DNA from: Octopus sinensis
Lineage: Eukaryota
Assembly (NCBI RefSeq): GCF_006345805.1
Contig: NC_042999.1
Coordinates: 166,966,001-167,030,000, forward strand
Direction of reading: 5' to 3'
Length of the DNA: 64,000 bases
A program made the position numbers and the translations under genes. Each line of letters opens with the position of its first letter. Position 1 is the stretch's first letter. Positions 35,382 through 47,459 of this stretch are shown piece by piece. Below the pieces are notes generated by a model. It worked only from the letters and a program-made list of their open reading frames with translations. It was not told the DNA's origin and did no database searches.

Positions 35382-35821
35382 GGATCTTTTCGGTTTGAAC
35401 GGCAGTTTTTTCTAGCGGTGTCATATGAAATTGTCACCCATAATTATGACCCTAGTATCGATCTATTGCATTTCAATCTGTTTTAGGCTTAGGGTTAGTT
35501 AGGGTTAGTTAGGGCTTGGGTTAGGGTTAGGGGTGGGGGGAAGGGTATCTTTTTTTCTTCACAAATGTAAATAAACCTAATCTGTTTCTTAAATGAGGGA
35601 CATATTCATACGGCACAGAATGTTTTTTAACGTCATCGATTGGTTGAAATTTCAGAAATTGAAGAAAAAAAACAGCAAATAGCTTACAAACTATAAAATT
35701 TTCTCAATAAAGCCAAGATAAAAAGATGTTTTATAAACACATTCTACCAGTATACGAAGTTTAAAATTTTTTAGTTACCGAGAAATTGTGTTAAAAACTG
35801 CCGTTCAAACCGAAAAGATCC
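35382..35821. mobile_element. MITE with 28-bp perfect TIRs and 8-bp TSD (Merlin-like GG termini), containing TTAGGG-like repeats
   Basis: GGATCTTTTCGGTTTGAACGGCAGTTTT / AAAACTGCCGTTCAAACCGAAAAGATCC; flanks GAAGCCAG and GAGGCCAG; excision restores the ORF1 reading YGTIEARFEMTE. Confidence 0.85.
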
Positions 35822-38800
35822 GAGGCCAGATTTGAGATGACTGAAAAAGCCCAAGAGCACTCAGTGAGTCCTCTGAAAACGAAGGAGATGATGCTGCTCC
35901 CAGCATACACGGGAAGGAAAACAGCACGCGTCAGAATAAATGAAGTACCACCAGAAATTGAGGCAAGGGAGGTGATAGCCGCCCTGTTGTATAACAGAAC
36001 GGACAAAATCACCTTCCTCCAAATCACATGCACTGCCCCACAAAATTGGCAAGGGCAGAGCATCACTGCGATTATTCGGGGAACACAAGAAGACATCGAA
36101 ATGCTGCCAGAAAGAATGCTCTTGGGGGAAGATATTGCCCTCAAGGTTCGAGTAGAGGGCAAAAAACCCACGTGTTTCGAATGTGGCAAAAAGGCAACAT
36201 TTGCGTAGACTGTGAAATATGGAAAAAAATAATAAGTGCGCAGACATCAGGCCCTCCAACTACAGAAAAAGACCCCAAACCCGCACACAAATTAACCCCC
36301 ACAGAAACAAATACTCCCACCCCACCATCTGTGGCACCCACTCCCAAATAAAACACCCAAAAATCCCAGGCCATGCACACACTGGTGCCGACCGAAACAA
36401 ATGCACCCACCCCCTCTGAAGTAACAACTCCTCTGGAAGACACCATGGAGGTGACCGAAGGGGAGTTCAAGACACCCAGAAAAAGAGAACACGTGCACCT
36501 TCCCTAATCATATCCCCCACAAAGAAAAAAGAAGAAAAACAGCACACCACAGAAAAAAAAAAAGATCCCGCTCCACTGTCTCAGAAGAGAAAATAAAACA
36601 GAACAAAGACGGAAAACCCTGGTAAAATTTGATACCAGGGATAAATAAATCATGGACACATTAAAGAAACATCACACCGTGGAGCTGTTGCAGCAGTCTG
36701 AAGACACGGAAGAGAGATGTGCCTGGATACCAGAAAAACTGTATAATGAAATGAAGGGTAGGCATCCGAGAGCCATCACGAACATCCCGGACATTCCACG
36801 GTATTTGAAGGAGCAGGAGGAAAGGACTGCCTCACGTGTGGTGAGGTCAGCCCCAGCATCACCAATTAAAGAAAAGTCAAAGAGTAAGTAGAACCCTTGC
36901 TTTGCTTTTGTTTTAAATGACTGCACTTAACCTTGGGTGTTTGAAAGTGCGTGGTCTGAGCTCGAAGTGGAAGCAAGCTTGTTTTCACGATATGCATGTG
37001 ATGGTTGCTACAGAGACCAAGCTGGACAGTCTACAAGCCCTCTCGCCCCTCCTGAATGACTATGAGGAAATCATGTCGCCTAGCTTGACTGGAGGGCTAG
37101 GGGGTGTAGTAGTACTGGTTCGAAAAGGCTTGGCTCTGCAGACAAATACAGTCTATGTAGACCCAGAAGGTGGGCTGGTTGTCCTTGATGTGACATACAG
37201 CAGTAAGGCCTTCTGGTTGATCGGAATCTATGCACCTTGTGCTTGAGGATTTCAAACTGATTTTTATCGGCGCCTAGAGAACTTTCTCGGGACGTCAAAG
37301 ACATTAGTGGTGTTAGGAGACTATAATGCTATTGTTGATGCGTGCATCGATAGCGTTGGCTCGATCTATAGGAAAGTAAACTCACGTCTCATAAATCTGC
37401 TCAAGCGTTTTCAGCTGGCTGATCGTTACAGACTTGACCATCCGAACGTCCCAGAGTGGACCTGGATGAGTGGCGACGGAAGGTTCAAGTCCTATTTAGA
37501 TAGGATAGTGATAAGAACTGGAGATAAGTCTAGTTTTAGCTGTCCACAGCATGTCCAAGTAGCTTACACTGACCATAGAATGGTTAAGTGTTGACTGGAC
37601 ATAGATAGTACAGTTAAGAGAGGATCCGGCTACTGGAAGCTGAATAAGTCTATTTTGACTTGCGAGGCATACTGTAGCCGGATTGAGGAATTAGTACAGA
37701 GGGCGTTAACCGGTGCGGTGATTAATAACCGATAGTGATTCGCCCTCAAGGGAGCCATTCGTTTTGAGTCTATTAGGTTTAGCCGTCAGCTAAGACTAGA
37801 TAAGGCCAGAACAGAAGAGCAACTAGTTAAGGACCTAGAGGAGGCGTTGATGTTGGGCTCTGCATCTCACATTTTGGCAGCGAAAACGGCCTTGGACCGT
37901 TACCTCAAAGCCAAACATGAGGGGTGCAGAGTTTGGGCTAAAGTGCGCGCATTGGGCCAGATGGGCCCTTACGATAGAAACCCAGCGTGGCAATGATACC
38001 ACAATTAGGTCTCTCGTGGATGACAATGGGTCGATGGACGGGACGAGATGTGTGAGACGATTCACAAGCACTTAGTAGAGGCATAGTGTCGGGTACCTTT
38101 GTATCCGACCAGGGGTTGTTTGGGAGTGGCGGGGCGCTGGATCATGGCGAGGTCCTTAGGGACTTCCTGTCTGGTGGCCCGCGTCTCTCGGCATGAGAGG
38201 CTGAGTGCTGCGAAGGGTCAATCACGGCCGAGGAGATGATCGAAGTACTGGGCGAATGTCCCGGGGAGATGTCACTGGGTCTCGATGGTCTGCCTTACGA
38301 ATTTTACAAAAGTATGCCAGACTTGTTCGGGCACCTGCTGGCCAGCGTCTACGCCAATTGGTAGCAGAATGTGAGAATTCCTAAGTCTGCGAGCCGGGAA
38401 GTGGTGACGTTGATCAAGAAGGACCCAAGCAAGGTGGGCGAGATATGTAACTTCAGGCCCATAACTCTGCTGAACACAGAGTTAAAGATTTTGGCCAAGG
38501 TGTTAGCGAAAAGGTTGGCGCGGGTCGTGGACAAACTTGTCGGGGAATGCAAACGTGCGCTATCCCGGGCAGGACGATCCACGACAATCTCCACCTTGTA
38601 CGCTACTCCTTAGAGAGGGTGGGAACGCTTTCTGGCACATGGCGGGTACTGGTACATTTAGACCAGTCAAAGGCATTTGATAGGGTCGACCATCGGTACT
38701 TGGCGGCGGTCCTCGAGAAGGCTGGCTTGGGCCCGACCTTCCGCGGTTGGATTGCTGCGTTGTATAGAGACATCGAGTCCGTCGTAAAAGTGAATGGTTT

Positions 38801-40389
38801 CCTTTCGAAGCCATTCAGGATCGAGCGCTCAGTGCGTCACGGGTGTCCCCTGTCCCCGGTTTTGTATGTACTGGCTGTTGAGCCATTATTGCAGAAGTTG
38901 GAGGCACTAGGGGGCGCACCGCATGATCTATGGATGGAAGAGGAGCTACAGCGTATGCGTTGACATCTCCATCATTGTGGCGGATGAGGACCGCTTCCAG
39001 TGGTGGAAGAGGCTATCAAAAGTTACGAGGCGGTGGCAGGAGCAAAGGTTAACAAGGACAAGTCAATTGGTTTGCAGCTCGGCACCTGGAGGGGCAAGCC
39101 AATGCCGTACAATAACGCTGTGGGGCGTTGAACGGAAGCTCCTGTTAAGCTGCTCGGAGTGTGGCTAGGACCGGACTTCTAGATAGAGAAAAATTGGAGT
39201 GAGGTGGCCGGCAGGGTGACTGCTCTAACCCAGACCTGGTCCGGGTGGGCGTTATCTTTGCTAGGAAAGGCGGAGGTGGTGCAGATGTTTATAGCATCGG
39301 TTATCACCTACCATCTGACCGTGGTGCCTTGCCCCGATTTGTGACTGAACAAGTTGGAGAGAATCCTTTTCCGCTTTTTGTGGAAAGGAGGAAAGCCTGT
39401 TGGAAAGCGCTCTGTCTGTTGCCAGAAACCGCTAAAGGGTGGGCTAGGGATGTCTTGGTTGAGGATGCAAAAATTCGCGTTAAGGTTGAGGCACCCTTGG
39501 CTTTACCTGGATGGAGAGCAGGTGTGGTCGCCGCACGTCCTTAACGGACATTTGTAATTGGATCAAGCAGAGACCTAGGCTTGGGGACTGGCAATTGGAG
39601 TGCTGCCAGGCACTTCAGCTACTCTCTCGGGCGGGTAATGCCGGCAATAGGAGTTCCACCGCAGATTTCTATAGCCGGTTAGTGGAGGTTAAGTCCGAAG
39701 GCTTGCTTTTCTGCGTAGTAGCCATACTGAAAGAAACAGTATGGAAGACGCGTGTGAGAGGCATAGTGTCGGGTACCTTTGTATCCGGCCAGGGGTTGGT
39801 TAACTTTTTTAGTTACCACCTCAGTAATAAGACCAGTCTGTAGAAAAGGTACCTGTCAAGAGACAGATTCATGCGAAGATGGAAGCCTGTGGCGAGGAAG
39901 CTGGGAGTGTTTGGCACCAGGTAAGTGGAAGCCAAAAACAGGAAAGAAAAAGCAAGGGGTCTACCCTGGTGGTCGGATGCCTATCCTTCAGAGAAGCCAT
40001 TACAAATTTCATTTGTAATGAGCAACGCTTAAGTCAAAAATTATAAACATTTTCATTAAATTATTGTATTTTTAAATTGTAAATATTTAATCGCTACAGC
40101 TTTTGTTTGTCTCTTCTTGTTTGTCCCCTCTTTGTAATGCCTTCATGGCAAATATTTATGAAATAAAGTAGCTTGCTTACCAACCATATTGTTCCGGGTT
40201 CATTGCCACTGCGTGGCACCTTAGGCAAGTGCCTTCTACTATAGCCTCGGGCCGACCAAAGCCTTGTGAGTGGATTTGGCAAACGGAAACTGAAAGAAGC
40301 CCGTCGTATATATATATATATATATGTATGTATATTCTCTAGTTTCAGCTCGGAGCTGTGGCCATGCTGATGCACCGCCGTTTTGCTAC

Positions 40390-43300
40390 ATATGTGGCAC
40401 TAATAGCCTCCTCTAATATGTGGCACTTGGTGAATCATGGAGTTTGATATAGCTACCCTCATTTGCACCTCTTGCAGTGAGGTAGATTTATCTGGAACTC
40501 TCAACAAAAAGAGGTCCAGTTTTGATTTGAAAACTCCTACATCTACTTTGTGCAAGTTCCTCAGACTCTTTGGGAGAATATTAAAAAGCTGTGGGCCCTT
40601 GAAACCCAGGCTGTTGCAGAGACTGGTCCTGGAGCACAATGGCATTGCTGGGATCTATGGCACTTTTCAGTGTCGTCCCTTTCTGGCATTAGTGTACCTT
40701 TCAATGCCAACATTTGGCACAATTCCTTCCAGGATCTTCCAGATATATATTACTGCATACCTCTCCCGTCTTCTTTCCAGGGTGTAGAGACTTAGCTGTT
40801 TCAACCTTTCTCAGTAGCTGAGCTGTTGCAAAGAGACGATCTTCTTTGTGAATCTTCTCTGCATTGCTTCAAGGCCCGCTATTAATTTCACACTGGTGGG
40901 TGACCACAGCTGTGAGCAGTAATCCAAGCGGCTGAGGACGAATGTCCGTCAGAGGACCATCATGGTTTCCTTATCTCTGGTTCTGAATGTTCTTAGGATC
41001 CATCCTGCCAGTCGTCTGCACTTTGTCGCCATCCTGGTAATGTGCACTTGGAAAGAGGTATCATCACTCATGTCGATACCCAGGTCCCTCACAGTCTTAG
41101 GCTCTGGGATTGAAATTCCCTGTGGACCGGTGTATCCTGTAAGTTTAATATTCAGTTTTGGATGCTGGTAGCGCAGGGCCTGGAATTTTTCAGCATTAAA
41201 CTACATATTCTTATCCTCAGCCCATCTGTAAATTGAGTCCAACTCCTGCTGCAGGTGTGCAACATCGCCGGGGTTCTGTATTTTCTGCGAGACTTTAGTA
41301 TTATCTGTATAGCTTGCAAGGGTGGCTATCCGGGCATTTGAGGGCATATCTGAGAGGGCCACTATAAAAAGAAGTGGTCTCAAGACAGCGCCCTGTGGAA
41401 CACCCCTCACTATTTGTGTGTTCATAGAAGTGGCTCCATTAGCCACTACTGCCTGACTCCTATCTTTCAGGAAGTCATGTAACCACTCTCCAAGTTTTCC
41501 AGCTATGCGAAGGTCACGCAATTTGTGGCATATTATACCATGATCCACCTTGTCAAAAGCTTTTGCAAAATCAAGGTATATTACGTCCACATTTGATTTG
41601 TTGAGTAACTGCCTCAACACCCAGTCATAATGTTGTAAGAGCTGGGTCAGGCAGCTCCTTACCTGGTCGAAAACCATGCTGGGTATCACTCAGCAAGTTA
41701 TTTTCTTCAAGTTTCCCTTTGACTATCCGTTCCATGACTTTGCTGATGCGTGAAGTCAGAGAGATAGGCCTATAGTTTTTGGCATCGGCTCTACTTCCCC
41801 CTTTATGTATTGGGCATATTATTCCCTCCTTCAGCTTGCTTGGCGGTTTGCCATTTGTAAGAACGCTCTGGAAGAGAATCTGGAGGGGTTTTACCAGGGC
41901 ATGCTTACGCGATTTGAGGAGGATTGCTGGGAAACCATCAGGACCAGCAGTTGAGTTTGTGTCCACTTCATCTATGGCTAGTAGGATATCTTCTTCGCTA
42001 ATGTCAATGTATCCCATTGTAGCTGCCTCACTGGTTATAGGTGAGGCGCCAAAGAAGTCCACTGGTTCGTTCACTTGTCTGTGTTCCAACGGGGTAGTAA
42101 AGACACTTTTGAACTGGTCTTTCAGTATCTCACTGATCTTAGTTGGACTGTCTGTGAGGGAGCCATTCTTTTGGAGGAGGTGTCCTATCTTGCAGTGCAC
42201 TGAGGCTGTTTCTTTCGCATAATGAAAGAAGGCCTTTGGGTTTGACTTAATGTTTTTTATAACCCAGGCTACTTTGTTTGCTTTCTCCCTCACATAGGAT
42301 TGTTGCAGCCTTTTTTCGATCTCCAGTGTTGTTTTTAGGCGGGACGTTTCGCTACTTTTGGGATGTTGGTTGAGTCGATTTGCATCCTTCGTCCGTCGTC
42401 TCATGAGGATCTTCCTCTCCCTTGGAATCTTGCTCCTGTTTGTTTTGGCCTTGTGCTCTGGGACATATTTCTGGCATATGGCTTGGACAGAAGACATGAA
42501 ACATACTAGTTTCATGTCAATGTCTGGTGTGGAGAGACATTTCGGCCAGTACTCTCTGAGGATCTCTTTTTGGATTGATTTCCAATCTGCTTTGTGGAAG
42601 TTCAGATTGGAGAGATTTCGGGTGCTTCCTTTAGGCTGTATGTCTCTGGTTACTTTCGGCCCAAACATAGACAGCTCTATTATGTTGTGATCCGAGACTA
42701 ATGTCGGTGTCACTTTCACATCATGAATGATGTCCATATTGTTCGTGAAGCAGAGATCCAGAATGTTAATCGCCCTAGTTGATTTGAGTACAACTTGCTC
42801 CATGAATAAGGCATTGGTGAGGTTGAGCAGGGACTCCACCTGTGCTTGCTTGCAATGACGTTGGGGAAGTTGAAATCACCTATAAGAAATATGGTCACGT
42901 GGTGTTCCAGATTCATGAGGATTTCTTTAATTCTTGTGAGGTAACCTTCAAACTTGCCTATGTGGTTTGGAGCATCCGATGGGCAATATGTATTGCATAT
43001 GACTATATTATGTTGTCTTATGTATACAATTAAAGTGTCACATACCGAATTTGAGTATGTCATTGAGACCTGGGGTGAGGTCATCTCGGATGTATACAAC
43101 AACTCCTCCATGGCTCCTTTCTCTTCTGTCTTTTCGCAGTATGGCATCGTTTCAGGGTTGAGATGAGTTTCCACAAGTGCTATGCATAGGGCTTGATTGC
43201 AATCAGTAAAAATCTCTCAGGAAAGAAAGTTTGTTTTTATTTTGATGTGACAGGCCCCCAATATTTAGTAAAAGTATTGGGATGACGACTGTGCAGGCGT

Positions 43301-44260
43301 TAGGGGAGGCCATCTCGTGTCTGTTGACTGTTGACTGTGGTGGTCTTGCATAGTGGTAGGCAAGGTTCCTTCTTTGTGCTTTGTGTAGCCAGGTTAGCTG
43401 TTGTACAATCCTTTGCGCTATACATAAAAAAGACTCTTTCTCAGCTGCTGCGTTGCGCAGAACATCTGAGGAGCACACTTCTTTTCTCAATGTTTTTCTT
43501 GGAGACATATGTCTTTCCTCAGTGAATGTTTTCTCTTTAAGGCCCCTGTAGTTCTGGCGGGGTGTCGGGTGAGCAAACGGGCAGTTTTTGCCGTCCTCCC
43601 CATTTGTCTTGCAGTTAAAATTTTCAGGTTCTTGGACGCCTTCCAGATTTCTTCTTTCCTGTAGGGTTTTGGGTGGCATTAAATCCTCCACGGGTATTTC
43701 TATTGGTTGTTTGGTGGGTTGGGATTTCGGTTTTGGTTGTTTTGCATTTTCCATTTTCTTCCTTTCCTTCTTTACTTTTGTTTTCCGTCCTTCCTTTTCT
43801 TGTGATGGGAACTTTTTCTTCTGTTTTTTTTAATGGGGTGAGGGCTCCGTTCCTTTGTAGGACCACTGGCACAGGGCGGACTTCCAGTTACTGCTTCCTT
43901 TACTCCCCTATCCTTTTCTGCCTGGTCGTTCACCGGGGCGGGTGATCCATTCTCTTGAGGAACCTCTGGATTACAAAGACTTCCGGGTTTTTTCCTTTTC
44001 TTTTTCGTCTTCTCCATCCTTATTAGCCTTGCCACAATAGTTTTCGATTATGTTATCCAAGGTGTTAATGTGTGGTCTTATAAGCATATAAGACCGGATA
44101 ATTCACTCTTCTTCCGCTCTATCTGGTCAATGGTTCTGTGAAAGCCATTGTTCTTTAGTGCAGCAGTGATGATGTTGTTTGGCGGATCGCCACTAGCAAT
44201 CACCCATGCTCGCAGCAGAAGATTTAATTCTTTCTTTTCCCACTTTGGTGCCATCTTCGT
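40390..44260 (-). mobile_element. CR1/L2-group LINE, near full length, decayed (ORF1 from ATG at 44254; APE + RT ORF2)
   Basis: APE METHL..IGDFNFP; RT NYRPISLTSRISKVMERIV, QHGFRPG, IYLDFAKAFDKVDH, GVPQGAVL, SYTDNTK; C-terminal GPQLFNILP..LDLFL. Confidence 0.92.
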
Positions 44261-44269
44261 TTTTAAGTC

Positions 44270-44880
44270 CAGAGGGGGAGTAGAGGCTAGAGAGGTAATG
44301 AGAGATAGGGGAGGTAGATATGAAGGAAAGGGAGAGAGGTGCTATGAAAGAAATAGAGAGGGTGATATGAGGAAAGCAAGGGGGTGTGGCATGTTAAAGA
44401 GACAGAGGAAGGTAGAGGAAGGGAAGAGAAAGAGAGACAGAGCGAGGGAGAGGAGGGGAATAGAAAGAGAGACGGAGTGAAGGAGAGGATAGGAAGAGAA
44501 AGAGAGATAGAGGGAGGGGAAGGATGGGAAGAGCAAGAGAGACAGAGTGAAGGAGAGACTGGAAAGGATGAAGGATGTGTGAGAGAGGACGAAACGGAGT
44601 GAGAAAAATGGGCAAATGAGAAGTATATGAGGGAGAGGAGAGGTAGACGTGAGATGCAAAGGAAAGGAAAGGGAAGTGAGAAAAGAGGAGGATATGAAAG
44701 GTAGGGAGAGAGATGAGAAAAAGAGTAAGATATGCAAGAGAGAGGGAAAGAATAGGCGTAAAGAGAGATAAGGGGGGAGCGAGGAGCAGGAAAGGGAGGA
44801 ATATATGTAAGGGAGGAGAGAGGAAGAGGTAGATATGAAGACAGTGGGAGTAGGTACCAAAATGTGTAGGGAAACGAAAA
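44270..44880. repeat. Purine-rich (GA) low-complexity tract
   Basis: About 600 bp almost entirely G/A on the plus strand, directly upstream of the CR1-like ORF1. Confidence 0.85.
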
Positions 44881-45487
44881 ACAATATATAATTCTAAATA
44901 CGATTAATTCTAAATAATTTTAAAGAGATAAAGTGAAAAAAGGGAACGATAGTGTAAAGAAAGGGGTTTCGTGATTTCTAGTTTTCTAATAGCTTGAAAG
45001 CGAAGTGGACGCTGTAATAGAAGTTGAAGGAAAATTATAGCGATAGTTCTTCTCAGGAAGTAGACAAAGATGAAGTCGCAACTCAGATGTTACCTTCAGC
45101 TAAAGGAAAATAAACGAATGAAAAGGATACTTATTCGCGAGAGGTGAAATTCCAAATCTTTCTTCTTGTACGAAGAAGTTTTCTTTCAAAAGAAGGAAAA
45201 CAATTATTTTTGCTTCTTACATTCGGCTGGAAATAAAAGTACGACTTGCAACCACGTGCTTTTCGACGAAAACTCTATTCAGCTTGTAGCGAAATATATT
45301 ACGGTTTTTAATTAATATATTTTAGTAGACTGTTTTGAAGTTGTACGTTTTTGTCAGTTCTAGTAGATTATTTTGTCGGTTTACGCAACCCATTTGGTTG
45401 TTTCAGGAGAACGAAAAAACACGTCTTTCTTCAACGAAACCGGAAGTATATATCATACTTTTATTTATATAACTATAACTATATATA

Positions 45488-45554
<67 letters not shown>

Positions 45555-45558
45555 TATA

Positions 45559-47119
45559 CAGTTGCGGCCAAAATATTCAGAACGGCATTGTTTTCGTCAG
45601 AAAAGTAGGGATAAGTTTTTATCAAAGTTGTTTTCATAGACAATAAATACAATATTAATTGTTATTGTCTGAGATTTTGGTGTAATTTAAGAGGATAATA
45701 CAAAAGTTATGGATGATTTAGTGATTTACTGCATAACCCATGGCGGCCAAAATGATCAGAACGGTTGAAAAAATAACAAAATAATCAAAAATGACAGAGA
45801 ATACTGGAATTATTTAATATTTAGTGTGAAGCCCTTTAGCTTCAATCACACTTTGACATCTTCGACTGCATGAGGAAATTAAATTTTTTCGTTTCTTGCT
45901 GAGTGATCTTATTCCATTCTTCCTGAAGGGCATCCCATAATTGCTCGGTTGTTTTAGGATTTCTGGCTTTCTCCTAGAATATTCCACATATTTTCAATAG
46001 GATTGAGATCTGGGCTTTGAGCAGGCCAATCCATAACAATAACCTTTTCAGCCTTGAGGAAGTTCATGACCACCTTAGCCTTGTGACATGGGGCATTGTC
46101 CTGCATGAATATGGGTGGTCGCTTGGTTAAATTTCTCAGCACAAGCAAGACATGATCTTTTACAAGTTGTTTATAAACTCCTGCATTTACCTTTCCATGT
46201 AATCGCACCAAAGGGCCCACACAATTTCCAGATATCATCCGCCAAACCATGACACTTCTTCCACCGAATTTAACACTAGTCTTAAGGCATTTAGGCGACA
46301 ATTTTTCACCTTATTTTTCGACGAACGTACCTTTTCCCATCTGAGCCAAATAACACAAACTTAGATTCATCACTGAAATGCAACGTTTGCCATTTTTCTT
46401 GAGACCACAACACATGTTTGGTTGCAAAGGTAAGACAACACTTTTTATTCTTGGAGCTGATCAGTGGCTTCACTGCAGGTGCTCTTACTTGTAGGTCATG
46501 TTCAACTAAACGACGAGACACAGTTTTTCGAGATAAAGTTTTCTTCAGTACAATGCTCATTTCCCTTTTTAACCAACTTTATCATAGCACGATCTTCTCT
46601 CTTGGTCGTTTTTCTTGGCCTACCTGTAGACTTTCTAGCTTCACACGAACCACAATATAAGAATACCGTTAACAACACTTTTTGACTTGTTACCAATCTT
46701 TGCAAAAGACCCAATACTTAAATTATCCTTCTTTCGAAGCTTAATAATCTGCTGACGAATTGGTAACGGAGTAAGTGGCATTATATTAGCAAAGTACACT
46801 GCAGATATTCTTACTAATGTTTAGTAAACGAACCGTCATGTAACAAATTCAAAACATTAGAGTTCGCCGGTTAAATATACTAAAACACGGAGTAAAAGTA
46901 ACCGTTCTGATCCTTTTGGCCGCCATGTGTTTTGCAGTAAATCACTAAATCATCCATAACTTTTGTATTGTCCTCTCAAATTACACCAAAATCTCAGACA
47001 ATAACAAATAATATCGTATTTATTGTCTGTGAAAATTATAGAATATAAAACAACTTTGATAAAAACTTACATGTACGTTTCTGACGAAAACAATGTCGTT
47101 CTGAACATTTTGGCCGCAA

Positions 47120-47122
<3 letters not shown>
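45559..47122 (-). mobile_element. Tc1-family DNA transposon with long IR/DR-type TIRs
   Basis: TA-flanked CAGTTGCGGCCAAAAT..; ~210-bp inverted repeats, each with an inner copy of GGCCAAAA..CAGAACGG; transposase gene on the minus strand. Confidence 0.95.
45814..46781 (-). pseudogene. DD34E Tc1 transposase, frameshifted
   Basis: MPLTPLPIRQQII.., GRPRKTT, FSDESKF, FMQDNAPCH-(34 aa)-WPAQSPDLNPIEN, AKGLHTKY-stop. Confidence 0.9.
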
Positions 47123-47191
<69 letters not shown>

Positions 47192-47256
47192 TATTATATA
47201 TTATATATATTATATATATTATATATATTATATATATTATATATTATATATATATA

Positions 47257-47342
<86 letters not shown>

Positions 47343-47350
47343 TATACATA

Positions 47351-47392
<42 letters not shown>

Positions 47393-47459
47393 CATATATA
47401 TATGTGTATATTATATATATATGATTTGTGGCGGAAGATAGCAAGGAATTATGGGTATT

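Larger units (their letters stand above)
34403..40166 (+). mobile_element. Array element 6: near full-length decayed L1/Tx1-type LINE (ORF1 + APE-RT ORF2)
   Basis: ORF1 ~35090-36890 with CFECGKK. ORF2 from 36917 with APE motifs ATETKL, GDYNA, LDRI, TDHRMV and RT motifs as in element 5; many stops and frameshifts. Confidence 0.9.
24572..40310 (+). mobile_element. Family B SINE split by a 15.6-kb insertion array (head 24572-24594; remainder 40167-40310)
   Basis: AGGTACAGGAGTGGCTGTGTGGT stops at 24594 and the SINE continues AGTAGCTTGCTTACCAACCATATTGTTCCGGGTTC at 40167, matching the intact family B order (compare 13889-13960). Confidence 0.85.

Noticed and set aside
35485-35540. Telomere or telomere-fusion site
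   Set aside because: A short, imperfect TTAGGG tract internal to a TIR/TSD-bounded MITE.
44148-44884. ORFs of 110-180 aa in the GA-rich tract
   Set aside because: Low-complexity translation (S/L/F/P or E/R/G rich) without domain features.
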